From positions 124,001 to 188,000 of IMG/VR virus record IMGVR_UViG_3300042386_001233: DNA of 64,000 bases; one strand, given 5' to 3'. How positions within the stretch are numbered: the first letter of the stretch is position 1; each line of letters starts with the position of its first letter. Made by a program: the position numbers and the translations under genes. Below the pieces are notes generated by a model. The model made no database searches, had not been told where the DNA came from, and was given only the letters and a program-made list of their open reading frames with translations. Shown here piece after piece: positions 48,913 to 59,495 of the stretch.

Positions 48913-48988
48913 TAGGGCGAGTTGGAGTCGAACCAACCTATGAACACCTTATAAGAGTGTCGGATGCAACCGGCTTACCTTCCGCCCC
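48913..48988 (-). tRNA. trnI: tRNA-Ile(UAU)
   Basis: GGGGCGG/UCGCCCU acceptor, anticodon arm ACACU-CUUAUAA-GGUGU, T-arm GUUGG-UUCGACU-CCAAC, A73. Confidence 0.85.
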
Positions 48989-48998
48989 GTGTTGAGTT

Positions 48999-49036
48999 AT
49001 TGTATCATATCGACCAACCACTGTCAAGACCTTTAG
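48999..49036 (-). promoter_or_regulatory. interlocked sigma70 + sigma28-like promoter (tRNA-Ile/tmRNA)
   Basis: TTGACA-N17-TACAAT with CTAAAG-N16-GTCGATAT. Confidence 0.78.
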
Positions 49037-49189
49037 GAATTTTGTTGAGACTCTAGTTGATTTAATCTTTGACTAATTTTATCTAGAGCTAATGCTGCAT
49101 CTCCACAAGCCTTACACAAGTCAGAATATAAATATTCTTTCAAGTCATGAATTTGATCTTTTAGTTGTTGTATTTCTTCTTTTGACATA

Positions 49190-49916
49190 TTATTTAATAG
49201 TGTTGAATGTTTCGTTTGATTCAGGATGCCAAAAAATCATCTCATTAGAGTCATCGTCCCATGCACACTCTATTTTTCCAGACGAGGCTACTTGGCTCAG
49301 GCTTGAGTTGTAAATCCATTTTTTAATCTCGGCACAAAGATGATCATAGTTACATTCAGAAATTATGAACTCATCATTATATCCTGGTTCAATATATTTT
49401 CTAACCAAGTTTTCTGCTTGAGCTAATGAAATCAAGTTGTCTACCTGATGATGGTATGATCTGGGAAAAACCATTACTACGTTTTTTCTAATGCTTTTAG
49501 TAAAAAGATTGACGTTCCTAATATTCAAATAGTTACTCATCATTGTCCTTTGAGGGTTTTGCAGAAATACTTGTCTTGTCTTTATTTGCCAACCAAAAAA
49601 CCATGTCGTTAGACTCGTTATCCCAAGCACATTCTACGAATCCTTTTGAAGCAAGTTTAGCTAGACCAACTCCATAAAGCCAATCTCTAATATCATTGAA
49701 TACATCATCAAAAATCTGTTCGTTGATAAGATAATTACCTTCTTCGTCAAGTCCAAGGTTATTTTTTTTGATCAAGTTAATTACCTGACCAATAGAGATA
49801 AATTCATCCAAATTTTCTGTATAGTCTTTTTCAAAAGAGGATGCAGCACCCTCTCTCATAGCTTTGGCATAACCTTCCAAGTCAATAATACTATAGCTTT
49901 CCATCGTTTCTTCCAA
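49190..49916 (-). CDS. tandem paralog pair of hypothetical proteins (49190-~49543 and 49533-49916)
   Basis: Shared LD.(L/F)IS..Q...L...I..W.Y...L...AS.G..ECAWD..SN.M.FW. Confidence 0.7.
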
Positions 49917-50602
49917 TTAAAGATATTTTGTAGTACCCTTGCCACTCTCGTTAATTTTACACCGCTCCAACAGATTGTCAATAGTGTTCTGCAAACTATA
50001 CTCCCCTCTACTTAGCCACTTTTTATCCTCATAAAGAGCAGTGGTAATTTGAGGCAGATAGAATTGGATAGCTCGTTCAAATTCTTCTGGAAAATAAGTC
50101 TTTAAAATACGCTCAATATGATAGAGACTGTTTACTATCTTATCTCTATTGTCAAGCAGAATATTGATTTGATCTTTTTGTTCTTGAGTAAGAGACATTA
50201 CGCCTCCACCTTTGGTTTAAGTTTCATAAGCTTATGCTTAATTTTCCAAACATGAGTCTCTTTGTTCTGAATATCTGGCCCCATATAAATGTGACAGAAG
50301 CCTTGGTGCTTGTCCAGACCCCATGCTTTAATTCCATGCTGGTCAATCCCTTCCACAACAAAACGACCCCTATAACCCATCGGGATGAACTCAGCACCCC
50401 TCACAAAGTATGGGCCTCCACCAACTCTAATTCTATCTCCTTTAATCAGTTCCTTCCAATTAAAGTCACGAATAATCTTTGTGTTCTTTGCTTCTTTGCT
50501 CTTTGCCTTAAAAACGAACGGAGCATTGCACTTAGGACACATATAAGCTCGCGGGCCTGTGGTAGCTCCACATTTTTCACAAGTTTTTTGACCCTTACCC
50601 AT
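49917..50602 (-). CDS. two hypothetical proteins (49917-50198; Zn-finger protein 50198-50602)
   Basis: CEKCG...CPKC in the second ORF. Confidence 0.55.
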
Positions 50603-50638
50603 TTTCTTTTCTCCTGTGTTTGTTGACGTTACACCCTA

Positions 50639-50680
50639 AGTATATCTCACTTATCGGCACTGTCAAGAGGGAATCTTTAG
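50639..50680 (-). promoter_or_regulatory. interlocked sigma70 + sigma28-like promoter
   Basis: TTGACA-N16-TATACT with CTAAAG-N16-GCCGATAA (perfect sigma28 boxes). Confidence 0.8.
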
Positions 50681-50712
50681 AGTATTCTCGATTTTTTGAT
50701 TTAGTCACTAAT

Positions 50713-52108
50713 TTAGATAATATAGCCTTCTTTTTCTGCTTCACTATCACAAAGAGTTTTTATCCATGCCATAACCGGCTCTCCTTCATTGTCTCTTCTT
50801 TGTTTACGAAGCTTTCCTTTTTCTCCAGTAACTTCACAAGTTGTATAACTCATACTTTCTGCCATATCTATTGCTCCTTTGATAAAATCATCAGCGCCAT
50901 AAGCATAGGCTCTTAGCCCACCAAACTTTTCCTTAATTTGACTCCAACAGAAAAAATCTAGAGGCTCATTAGTCTTTTGCTTGTAATGAAGACGATTATC
51001 TACAATATAACATAGCTTGGATAGGATATTAAACCAACCATCCCCACATTCTATCCATGTAAGATTTTTAAACTGTTCAGGATAGGCTGAGATTAATTTA
51101 GCTGTTAGTTCAGGACTCATTGTAATCTACCTTGTGTATAATTCGTGTTCCAAGATGAGCGTTACTTAATTCTGTACTATCGTTAAGAGATTCATCACAA
51201 AGTCTTTCAAATTCTTTTCTGTCAATCTTTCGACCATCAAGAATAGTTTCTTCAAGATGTTTTTGAGTCAGCTCTTCTGGCTTATCAATCAATACAGTAT
51301 CATAAGCGTGTTCAAGATTCTTAGCTTCAATCACATACTTATGTCGAAACAAAGAAACGGTATTAACTTCAAAAAGTGGCATAATAATCTCCTTAGTCTA
51401 TGTTGATATTATATTCATTAACTAATCTGTGAAATTCTGATCTAATCTTGTCAAGAGCATCACCCGCATCGGTAAAATCATTGCTATATTTCTGCCAAGA
51501 CCGTAATTGTTGAGAAAAATCCCACAACATTCTTTTAGCATCATTGGCTTTAACAGCCGTATCAAACTCGTACTGTTCTTCTGGTAGTTTAAATTTTAAA
51601 GTTGCTATTGGCATAATTCACCACTTCTTTTTAAGATCGTCTGGTCTTTTGTCTGGATCTGGAATAATAGTCAAAACATTGTTTCTGAAAGTTGTCATAT
51701 AGCTTTGAGAAATCTTTCGCTTCAACAATCCCTCTTCTTCAATCTGAGTATAAACATTAATTCGATAATAGTCATGGAATACATTAATAACTTTAGTCAT
51801 CAAATGATTTTTAGGTTTCTCAACCTGCTTAAACAATAGTCCCTCAAGCTCAAATTCATTAGTCATCTAGCTCTCCTGTTTGCTCTGTTCAAAATCCTAA
51901 TAGTCTCTTTAGCATTGCTTGGAACCATAACCAGGCTTGGTGCGGTCTTATGTCCCCAATCCATATATCCAACAGCTTTTTGTTCTGCTGAACATTCCTT
52001 ACATACAATATTTCTATTAGTTTCTACAAGAAACTCATATCTTTCAACACCAACACAATTTTTGCAATAAATGCAATTCATAGTTTCTCCAAAATGACGC
52101 GGCAACAA
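50713..52108 (-). CDS. cluster of five small phage hypothetical proteins
   Basis: Includes the ECGDGWF...QIKEKFGGLR protein (50713-51120) and a CxxC...CxxC protein (51863-52108). Confidence 0.55.
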
Positions 52109-52115
52109 CTCATGT

Positions 52116-52157
52116 TTTATACCACAAGTATCGGAGTTGTCAACAGGCAGACTTTAG
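52116..52157 (-). promoter_or_regulatory. interlocked sigma70 + sigma28-like promoter
   Basis: TTGACA-N16-TATAAA with CTAAAG-N16-TCCGATAC. Confidence 0.72.
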
Positions 52158-52160
52158 AAA

Positions 52161-52463
52161 CTATTTGTGTTTCTTTTTCTTTTTTATATTTCTGTCTAGA
52201 TGGTCTAAATATAGATTCTGATGAAGCTGTTCTTGTTTCTCTTTTTCTTTGCGTAGTTTTTTATGTTTTTTATCTTCTACTAGTTTGATTTTAATAGCTT
52301 TTGTGCCAGAATATATCATGAAAAGAGGAACAAATAAAAATATCAAGAGTATAACATACGAAAAATAAAACAATATCTTAATTAAGTACCCTAAAAAAAT
52401 AATACAGTAATATGAAAACGGAGCTTCTCTCTCAAAATATTCCATCCACTCTGGTTCAAACAT
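52161..52463 (-). CDS. hypothetical membrane protein
   Basis: Long hydrophobic segment, basic tail. Confidence 0.5.
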   Translation of the reverse strand: MFEPEWMEYFEREAPFSYYCIIFLGYLIKILFYFSYVILLIFLFVPLFMIYSGTKAIKIKLVEDKKHKKLRKEKEKQEQLHQNLYLDHLDRNIKKKKKHK

Positions 52464-52917
52464 AAGGAATGTCTACCATGTGTTCAATCTTGATGGTTTT
52501 AGTAGGACAAACAAAGTTTCCATCATCATCACTATAATAGATATTATTTAATCCCACAGCATTTAATAGCTTAGAGCAATTAACACATGGCTTGCTTCCA
52601 AGGATCAATCCCTGTCTGTTAATTCGTAAGACACATACGCTCCAATTAGGATCAATGGAGTTATAGCGATCAAGTAATTTAGAAATAAGATGAGATTCAC
52701 TATGTACATAAGGATACTCCAAATATTTGGGGATATTAAATCTTTTGCCAATCCTAAATGCTTTGGTACTCATTTTAACAGGATTGTTCTGAGCAAATTC
52801 TATCATCTTGTTACCATCAAAAGCAGCACAATAATGATAACAACGAACAAGAGGATTCGGTTCCCAATTTTCGTAGGCTTTCTTAATGGTCTTGTGAATT
52901 ATTTTCATTACTTTCAT
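52456..52917 (-). CDS. Zn-dependent cytidine/dCMP deaminase-like protein
   Basis: HSE...SKPCVNC...G...IYYS. Confidence 0.75.
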   Translation of the reverse strand: MKVMKIIHKTIKKAYENWEPNPLVRCYHYCAAFDGNKMIEFAQNNPVKMSTKAFRIGKRFNIPKYLEYPYVHSESHLISKLLDRYNSIDPNWSVCVLRINRQGLILGSKPCVNCSKLLNAVGLNNIYYSDDDGNFVCPTKTIKIEHMVDIPYV

Positions 52918-53093
52918 CCAATAGTCTATTTATTTTATCCAAATCTATAGGAGTATAAGTATCATCATTATCTTGACCATAAGCATCCCATTCAGTTTTA
53001 TTTAATGGGGGTAGTCTGTGTTTAGTAACCTCTTTTGGTGTTGGAGTTTCTGGATTAAGTTTGATTCTTTTAGGTTCTTTCATAAGTACCTCT

Positions 53094-53243
53094 TTATTTT
53101 GAAGCTAACATATACAGTCCAACATTAGCTGCTGCATAACCAAGATAGGCTATAAACATACCATAGTTACTATGTAGATAACCTTGTTCAATGGCTATAT
53201 AAAGATATATTATACCAGTAATAAGAATAAGGTTAGCCGACAT
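53094..53243 (-). CDS. small membrane protein (not in ORF track)
   Basis: Manual translation MSANLILITGIIYLYIAIEQGYLHSNYGMFIAYLGYAAANVGLYMLASK*. Confidence 0.6.
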   Translation of the reverse strand: MSANLILITGIIYLYIAIEQGYLHSNYGMFIAYLGYAAANVGLYMLASK

Positions 53244-53407
53244 TTTAGTTCTTCTCTATGGGGATATAGCGAGAGCCATCGGGAGCAGTTTGTTCCTGAC
53301 CAATAGTAATCTTCTTATCTTCCTTCAGCAAGTTAATGATTGCTTGAGTATTGACATTGGGACTAATTGAAATTGCACCGATTTGAGCCATAATTATCTC
53401 CTTATAT

Positions 53408-54319
53408 TTAAGAAACACAGTTTAGTAACGAATCATATTTTGCAAGAGCCAAGTCTTTTGCTTTTAGTTCTAGATCAATATCAAACTCAAGACCATAATT
53501 ATCAAAAGTATTTTCTGGATAATCTGCGTGCGCTCTTGGATTATTTCCTTCTCTACTTTCACTATAATGAAAAAGCGGTCTAGTTTGCCAAGTATCCCAA
53601 CACATATTAATAGCCTCACGTTCTGTAAGACCATTTGGGTGGCACTTATGATGTAAATAGTCGAAACATATTGGAATACGAGTAATCGGATGGAAGATAT
53701 CTACTAATTCTTTCACACTCCAGCAGTTAAGTTTGTCATCGTTTTCGATTGTGATGCGAGCCTGACAGTTATTGTCCAGTTTCTTAAAGTTGTTGTAGAA
53801 CCTGTGAGCAATTTCTTCTCTGGTTCCATTATTATTATGAATATGGAAATTCATTGGAGATCTACGATCTGCTGGAAGTCCAATTCTGTCAAAGAAACTG
53901 CTGTAGAAATTGAGTTCTGTAATGGTTTTTTCGATAACTTTTTCGTTGAGACTAGCCAGACTGTTAAATTCACTTGGATGAGCAGAAACACGAACGCTAG
54001 TAGAGGAAATAGTTTCTGAAAGATTGTCAAACGCATCTTGTATTTCGTCATAATTAGGCAAATCTTCAAGACTCACATTAGCCTCATCGTAAGTAATAAG
54101 AGGAAAAATGTCGCTACTAACACGATAAACATAATTGTTTTCTGCACAAAATTGAATTGTTTTATTGGTTACTTCTAGATTGTTTTTGATTCTATCACCA
54201 AGAATCTCTAGTGCTTCTTCTCGCGGCAAAGAACTGAATCGTTTAAAGGTCATAGTCTGATGACCAAATCCCTGTTCTTTCAACTTGAGGGATATGCAGC
54301 AAAGTCCAAGTTTATTCAT
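53408..54319 (-). CDS. uvsE: UV damage endonuclease UvsE/UVDE
   Basis: LGLCCIS, YRVSSDIFP, RVSAHP, IENDD, IPICFDYLHH, PLFHYSE, RAHADY, LELKAKDLA; start moved to MNKLGL. Confidence 0.92.
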   Translation of the reverse strand: MNKLGLCCISLKLKEQGFGHQTMTFKRFSSLPREEALEILGDRIKNNLEVTNKTIQFCAENNYVYRVSSDIFPLITYDEANVSLEDLPNYDEIQDAFDNLSETISSTSVRVSAHPSEFNSLASLNEKVIEKTITELNFYSSFFDRIGLPADRRSPMNFHIHNNNGTREEIAHRFYNNFKKLDNNCQARITIENDDKLNCWSVKELVDIFHPITRIPICFDYLHHKCHPNGLTEREAINMCWDTWQTRPLFHYSESREGNNPRAHADYPENTFDNYGLEFDIDLELKAKDLALAKYDSLLNCVS

Positions 54320-54337
54320 AGTGTCTCCTGTGCCGGA

Positions 54338-54378
54338 ATTATATCCTAGTATCGTCAAGTTGTCAAGCCAGACTTGAG
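54338..54378 (-). promoter_or_regulatory. interlocked sigma70 + sigma28-like promoter (uvsE)
   Basis: TTGACA-N17-TATAAT with CTCAAG-N16-GACGATAC. Confidence 0.8.
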
Positions 54379-54380
54379 AA

Positions 54381-55016
54381 TTATTCGTATTCAACCAGCA
54401 ATGCTTGTCGAATAGGATCAGTAAGATTATGACGATCTAGATAAAAAGATAGATCGGGATTAAAAGTATTAGGCATATGTTCTAATACTCTTTGTGAGTA
54501 TATTGGACGTTTTGGTCGTAGTCTTAATTCTCTATTGAGATGATAACTCCATAAATACGCATTAGTTGCTCGTATATATTTATCTGTGTCAAAATCTTCG
54601 ATAGGACAATTTTTGACCAGTTTTAAAACTCTTTTTTCACAATCATGTTCTATCTCTAAAATATCGTGTAGACTTTTGTCTAGTTCTTCTGTAGTGACTT
54701 TGTAGTCTTTAATAAAAGCACTAGCAACCAAAGAAGGATAACTAATCCAATCAAAAAGAATATCATATGTTTCCATACTTCTATCCCACAATTTACGATC
54801 AGTTTTCCATTGAAGGAAATGACAGTATTCATGAATAAGTATTTCAAAACCCATGTGATGCTTCATGGCTACCGCGAATTCTTTTTCATTATCCTCTATA
54901 GAACACCATCCACCACAAGCTCCCTCTAATTCTTCTTGATTGTATAGCAAAACAGAGAATCCATGATCAAGCAATTCTCTAACTATTTTAATTGTTAAAT
55001 TAGATTTAGTTTCCAT
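54381..55016 (-). CDS. putative zincin metallopeptidase
   Basis: ILIHEYCHFLQ (HExxH) plus downstream EHDCE. Confidence 0.6.
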   Translation of the reverse strand: METKSNLTIKIVRELLDHGFSVLLYNQEELEGACGGWCSIEDNEKEFAVAMKHHMGFEILIHEYCHFLQWKTDRKLWDRSMETYDILFDWISYPSLVASAFIKDYKVTTEELDKSLHDILEIEHDCEKRVLKLVKNCPIEDFDTDKYIRATNAYLWSYHLNRELRLRPKRPIYSQRVLEHMPNTFNPDLSFYLDRHNLTDPIRQALLVEYE

Positions 55017-55201
55017 TGTTTATACTAATTGTCCTTGTTCATTAACAACAGAATAGATTTTCATTACTTTGAGATCTGGTTCAAAATATTCATGAAATTT
55101 TTGTATCGCTGCTTCTCTTGAAGATTCAAAAAAAGAACCATGAAGAATAAGTTTTTGTCCGTCTGAGTCTTGTAATTGTCCGGTAACAATAAGCTCTTTC
55201 T

Positions 55202-55834
55202 TTACCATCCTAATGCCTCCGATACAGTAGGAAATTGTTCTGAAAAAATTCTTTTTGCTTCTTCTGCAATAAGCATATGTTCTTTTTGAGTCCCATTAGA
55301 AGATCGTAATTCTATGTAGTGAATCCATGATCTGATATTTCCATGAATATATAAACGAGTAGGAGTTGCCAATGGTAGAATAAATCTAGCACACTCTTTA
55401 GCTATTCCATCAGCTATCATTCCATCGTAAATAGATTTAGCCTTAGCAAAATGTTCTCTAATTCTCATACCCCATTTAGCCCTAACTTCATCTGGAATAT
55501 CATCTATACTATTTTGACGATTTTTATCGTCTTGTCTGCGTAATTCAAATAATGGAATTTCTTCTGCTAATAGTGTCGTGTCTGCATATCTCTGAGAAAA
55601 CTCTTGAAAATTAAAGCTTCTATGTCTAAGAATTTGAGCCGCTATTCCTCTTGTGGTATTCACCTCAAGACCCATACTCGCCATTTCAAATATCGACCAA
55701 TGTTTATTTTTAATACAGTAAGCTAATAGTTTTGCGTAATTATCTGAATCCTGATTTTTCGGGTTACTGACCCTCGCACAATAGCTCATTAGTTTTTCTG
55801 CGTCTGGAGTTACACTAATTAGTTTTACACTCAT
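55202..55834 (-). CDS. thyX: FAD-dependent thymidylate synthase
   Basis: YCARVSNP, HWSIFE, QILRHRSFNFQEFSQRY, AKECARFILP, RSWIHYIELR, TQKEH. Confidence 0.95.
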   Translation of the reverse strand: MSVKLISVTPDAEKLMSYCARVSNPKNQDSDNYAKLLAYCIKNKHWSIFEMASMGLEVNTTRGIAAQILRHRSFNFQEFSQRYADTTLLAEEIPLFELRRQDDKNRQNSIDDIPDEVRAKWGMRIREHFAKAKSIYDGMIADGIAKECARFILPLATPTRLYIHGNIRSWIHYIELRSSNGTQKEHMLIAEEAKRIFSEQFPTVSEALGW

Positions 55835-56066
55835 ATTTGATCCTCCGTATATAATATTTCAAACTCTTCTAATGGACAAAGTTCTTCATCCCAAAAACCA
55901 TTTCTTAAACCTCTACCAAGTATATGTCCTGCTTTTAGCCAAGTATTATGATAGCTATCAAGAGTCATTCTTTTGGTAATTCTGCCCCAATCACATATTG
56001 TAGCATCAAAAACTTCTGTTCCAGCATCAAACCATTCGTCTGATTTAGACACAAATTTGACATACA

Positions 56067-56765
56067 TTATTCTTTTGCCTCTTTAAATTCATAAAAGTAT
56101 TCTTCTTCTTCTGATTTGCTTACCCACCTACTACCAGTATGCTCACAACTAAATTCTTTGCTAAAAACTTTCCAATCTGGTTTCTTGTCAAATGTTCTAC
56201 TGATAAAACTTCCTCCATCCATCCACAGTACCCTATTGTTTGGTTGTATAAAAAATTGTCCACCTTCACCTAAGAATACATGACCACATTTATGACCAGC
56301 AGCCATTTCACCATAACCAGATTTGTACTGTGGGCCAAAACACCAATCTAAAGTAAACAAATATTTGGATCTATGTAATGAATGATCCTTTAGCATTATT
56401 TTAGCTGCTCTGTTTTTTGTATATTCATTAATATTGCACGACACATAGTAGCTCATACTATCCCACAGTTGTATCCAGTCCAATGGATATTCGCTACCTC
56501 CCTCATCATTACCTCTTAGATAATGAATTGGAACTCTGGCGTGTTGACTTCCATATTCTGTCATAATAGAAAACATACCACATCTTTGTGGGATGCTGGT
56601 GAAGCTAAAAACTTCAACCACTATTCTTTCATTTTTGACATTAGGGAGTTCATCGTTTAGAAAGCCCGTATCAAGAAAACACCAAAATGGAGGAATGTCT
56701 ATATTTAGGTAATTGCTCACGGTACTGTTCTTTCTGAAGGAATATTTGGCTCCTGTAAATTCCAC
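56067..56765 (-). CDS. conserved phage hypothetical protein
   Basis: PIH...QLWD...YLFTLDW...E...HKCGH...G.F..QPNNR. Confidence 0.6.
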   Translation of the reverse strand: MEFTGAKYSFRKNSTVSNYLNIDIPPFWCFLDTGFLNDELPNVKNERIVVEVFSFTSIPQRCGMFSIMTEYGSQHARVPIHYLRGNDEGGSEYPLDWIQLWDSMSYYVSCNINEYTKNRAAKIMLKDHSLHRSKYLFTLDWCFGPQYKSGYGEMAAGHKCGHVFLGEGGQFFIQPNNRVLWMDGGSFISRTFDKKPDWKVFSKEFSCEHTGSRWVSKSEEEEYFYEFKEAKE

Positions 56766-58455
56766 ATAGGATTAGCACCAAAGTATATCTCATGACTATC
56801 TACATGAATACACTCTCTTGTTGAGAACAAATCTACTACCCAAATAGTATTAATGTCTGGCCCATAATCTATAACCAATCTAGCAAAACCTTCTCCTTTT
56901 GGAGTAAAAACATTGATAGGAGGATTTAATTGCAAAATATACATTAATAATCGCTCACTGTAAATTTAACATCGGCTTTTTCTTCTTTAAACTTGGTTTG
57001 ATGTTCAACCCATTTATCTTCTGTCATATGATTAAAAATAGCGGTAGCTACTTTGCTAACACTTTTTGCTACTCCACTAGCATCCGGCCCAGCATCTAAC
57101 TTAGCCCAATAATAAAGACCATCTTCCTTGTCTTTAATTACTTCATAACCCTGTGTTTTAGCCCATTTTTTGATTTCGGAGATCATCATATTAACAACTC
57201 ATGTTACCAGACTTGGGTGGTTTGTCAACATACTTTCTTGTGGTTGGATCGTAATTTTCTATAGGTTTATCATAATGCTTCCATGCTTTTTCATGTCGCA
57301 AAGCAATGATCTCTTTTTCTTGCTCAAATATTCTTTTCTTTTGATATTCAATTAACTTATATAGCTCAATGATGTAATCTAAAACCTGCTGTCCTTTATA
57401 TTGTGACAGGATACTGCTGACTTTAGACAAATTCATAGGCTCATACTTGAGTGTCATATCGTAATCGTCTGGATTCCAGTTAGGATCATATGCCTCGCTC
57501 ATTTTTGCATAGCCTCTTCATGGGAAATTGTTCTCTTATGATCAAATCCCATAGAGAATCCCTGCATATAAACAGTTTTAAGTAGACGAGAATTTTCTCC
57601 AACAAGTTGTCTATTATCTTTTGCCCAAAGAACAAAACTTTTCTCTTCATCGCAAATATCAGACAAGTCTGGATAATAAATATCATCAAACCAATAATAA
57701 TGTTTTTGTAGCATAGTATCTAATGCTATAAATACTGGTGGTTTTGGATCATAACTATGGTCTATTGCTGATATAACAAGCTCATCCATAAACACATTAA
57801 CAATCTTGTCTCCAACCTTTAATCCCATAGCCAAATCAAGACGCATTAGTAGTCTCCTTACTAAATTGATCCATATATGAATTGTAGGCATCTTCTAGAT
57901 TTTCAATAAGCTTAAATTTCCAGATTGGAGCCTTGTTCCATTCTGTACTCTCGTCAATGCTTTCAATCAAACACTGTAATGCTTTTTCTGTGCCTATTGT
58001 TTCTAATGCTTTTTTAATTTGGTCTTTATTAGTCATCCCATCCTCTTGTATAAATAACTTCCTGCCCAATCACACTCATCAATAAGTTTTTTGTGGTCAT
58101 GAAATAGATTGTATCTAGCATCTTTATATGGAGCTTTATAGCTTGCTGGCTTATAAACATCTCCGGTGTTTTTATCTACGAAAGCATGAATAGTCTCAAC
58201 ACCTTCCCAAACTTGAGTAATCTTGTAGTATTTCTTATTCTCTTTGAAGAAATAATAAACAGCTTGTTCATCTCCATAGGTCTGTTTTTTAGCTTTTACT
58301 TCAAGAGCATCTAACCATATGTTAATATGGTCATGAAAATTAGTAGCTGTAGAGTTCACCAGTTAACCCCTAAAAAATAACCAAAAACAAAAAATACAAT
58401 AATCACTAAAGTTAGTTCGATTAACCAAGTAAAATCCCAATCCATCCAGTTCCTC

Positions 58456-58492
58456 ATTCTATCTTATCGGTTTTCTCTTGTCAAGACTTCAA
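58456..58492 (-). promoter_or_regulatory. sigma70 promoter with overlapping sigma28-like boxes
   Basis: TTGACA-N17-TAGAAT; TTGAAG-N15-ACCGATAA. Confidence 0.65.
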
Positions 58493-59337
58493 GCAAAACC
58501 AATTCTTTGCTTTGTTGTAGATAGAGTGCTTTCAATTTCATAGTCAGCAAAACTCTTGCAGTCATAACTTCGTCCATTCCACCAGCCAATTTCATAGCTG
58601 ATCGAATTATTTCCACGAATATTAATCCCTGTTACCTTGCCGAATACATCTTCAGCCAGTTTAACGTCAGTACCAATAGCAAAAACTTCTGTCTTATCTT
58701 TCATTATTATCTCCATTTTCTATCCATAGGTTGTGGTCGAACATCGGCGGCTTGTCTTGATCTAATAGCGATCTGCGTTCTTCTCGCAAAGAACCTATTT
58801 CTTTTCTTTGGGTTCTAATCTCATTTTTAAGAGACTCTATTGTATATTTTTGCTGTTCTATTGTTTTTTCCAGACGATTGATATAAGTATCTATATCAAA
58901 AAATGGATCTTTTTTATCTAACTGTTTCATGATTCCATGCTTTTTCTAGATAGCTTAGTGTTGTATCGGTTTTGTTATCGTTATAAAAACAATCTAAGTC
59001 TGTTGAGATTAATTCTCTATGCTTATCGGGCCAAACTTCTGATAAGGAATTCATAACTGTTTGACCATACCTTAAACCATACTTTTTAAGATCATGATCA
59101 ATTTTGTTTTTAAAATCAGAGTAGGTCACTTATGTCTCTTTTTAAGAAGAGTCACAATATCTCCGGCGGTATCTACAACATTGTTCCCGCCAAGATAATA
59201 CTGTCCAGTAATCTGAATCATTTCATCCAAAGTATCTTCAGCATTATAAAGTCTGGCCCACTTTGGCTTATATTCAGCTTTCATATAATTCCAAACACTA
59301 TTATAGAAATCACAAATAGCTTGATTTACTGACTCGT

Positions 59338-59495
59338 TCATTGCTTTTCCTTTTTAGTAGATGATTCGTCTTTCACTTCTAGTTTAACGTCCTCTGGTTC
59401 CTTTGTCAAGCCCTCTGGTTGCTCGTTATAAGGGCAGTTAAAGCATCCAAGGGGCAGCAGTACCCTCTTTTTAATAGGAACTCCCTAGATAGCAT
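59338..59495 (-). pseudogene. small Cys-rich protein gene (LLKRGYCC..GC..CPY type) with a 1-nt frameshift at 59451-59454
   Basis: Frame 0 MLSREFLLKRGYCC; -1 frame LGCFNCPYNEQPEG...KEKQ*, ending in an ATGA overlap with the next gene. Confidence 0.6.
59381..59409 (-). promoter_or_regulatory. sigma70 promoter
   Basis: TTGACA-N17-TAAACT. Confidence 0.6.

Larger units (their letters stand above)
55831..59341 (-). other. run of about 12 small early-type hypothetical ORFs
   Basis: 60-130 aa abutting ORFs; includes the KYYKI...HAFVDKNTGDVYKPASYKAP protein (58033-58359) typical of large phages. Confidence 0.55.
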
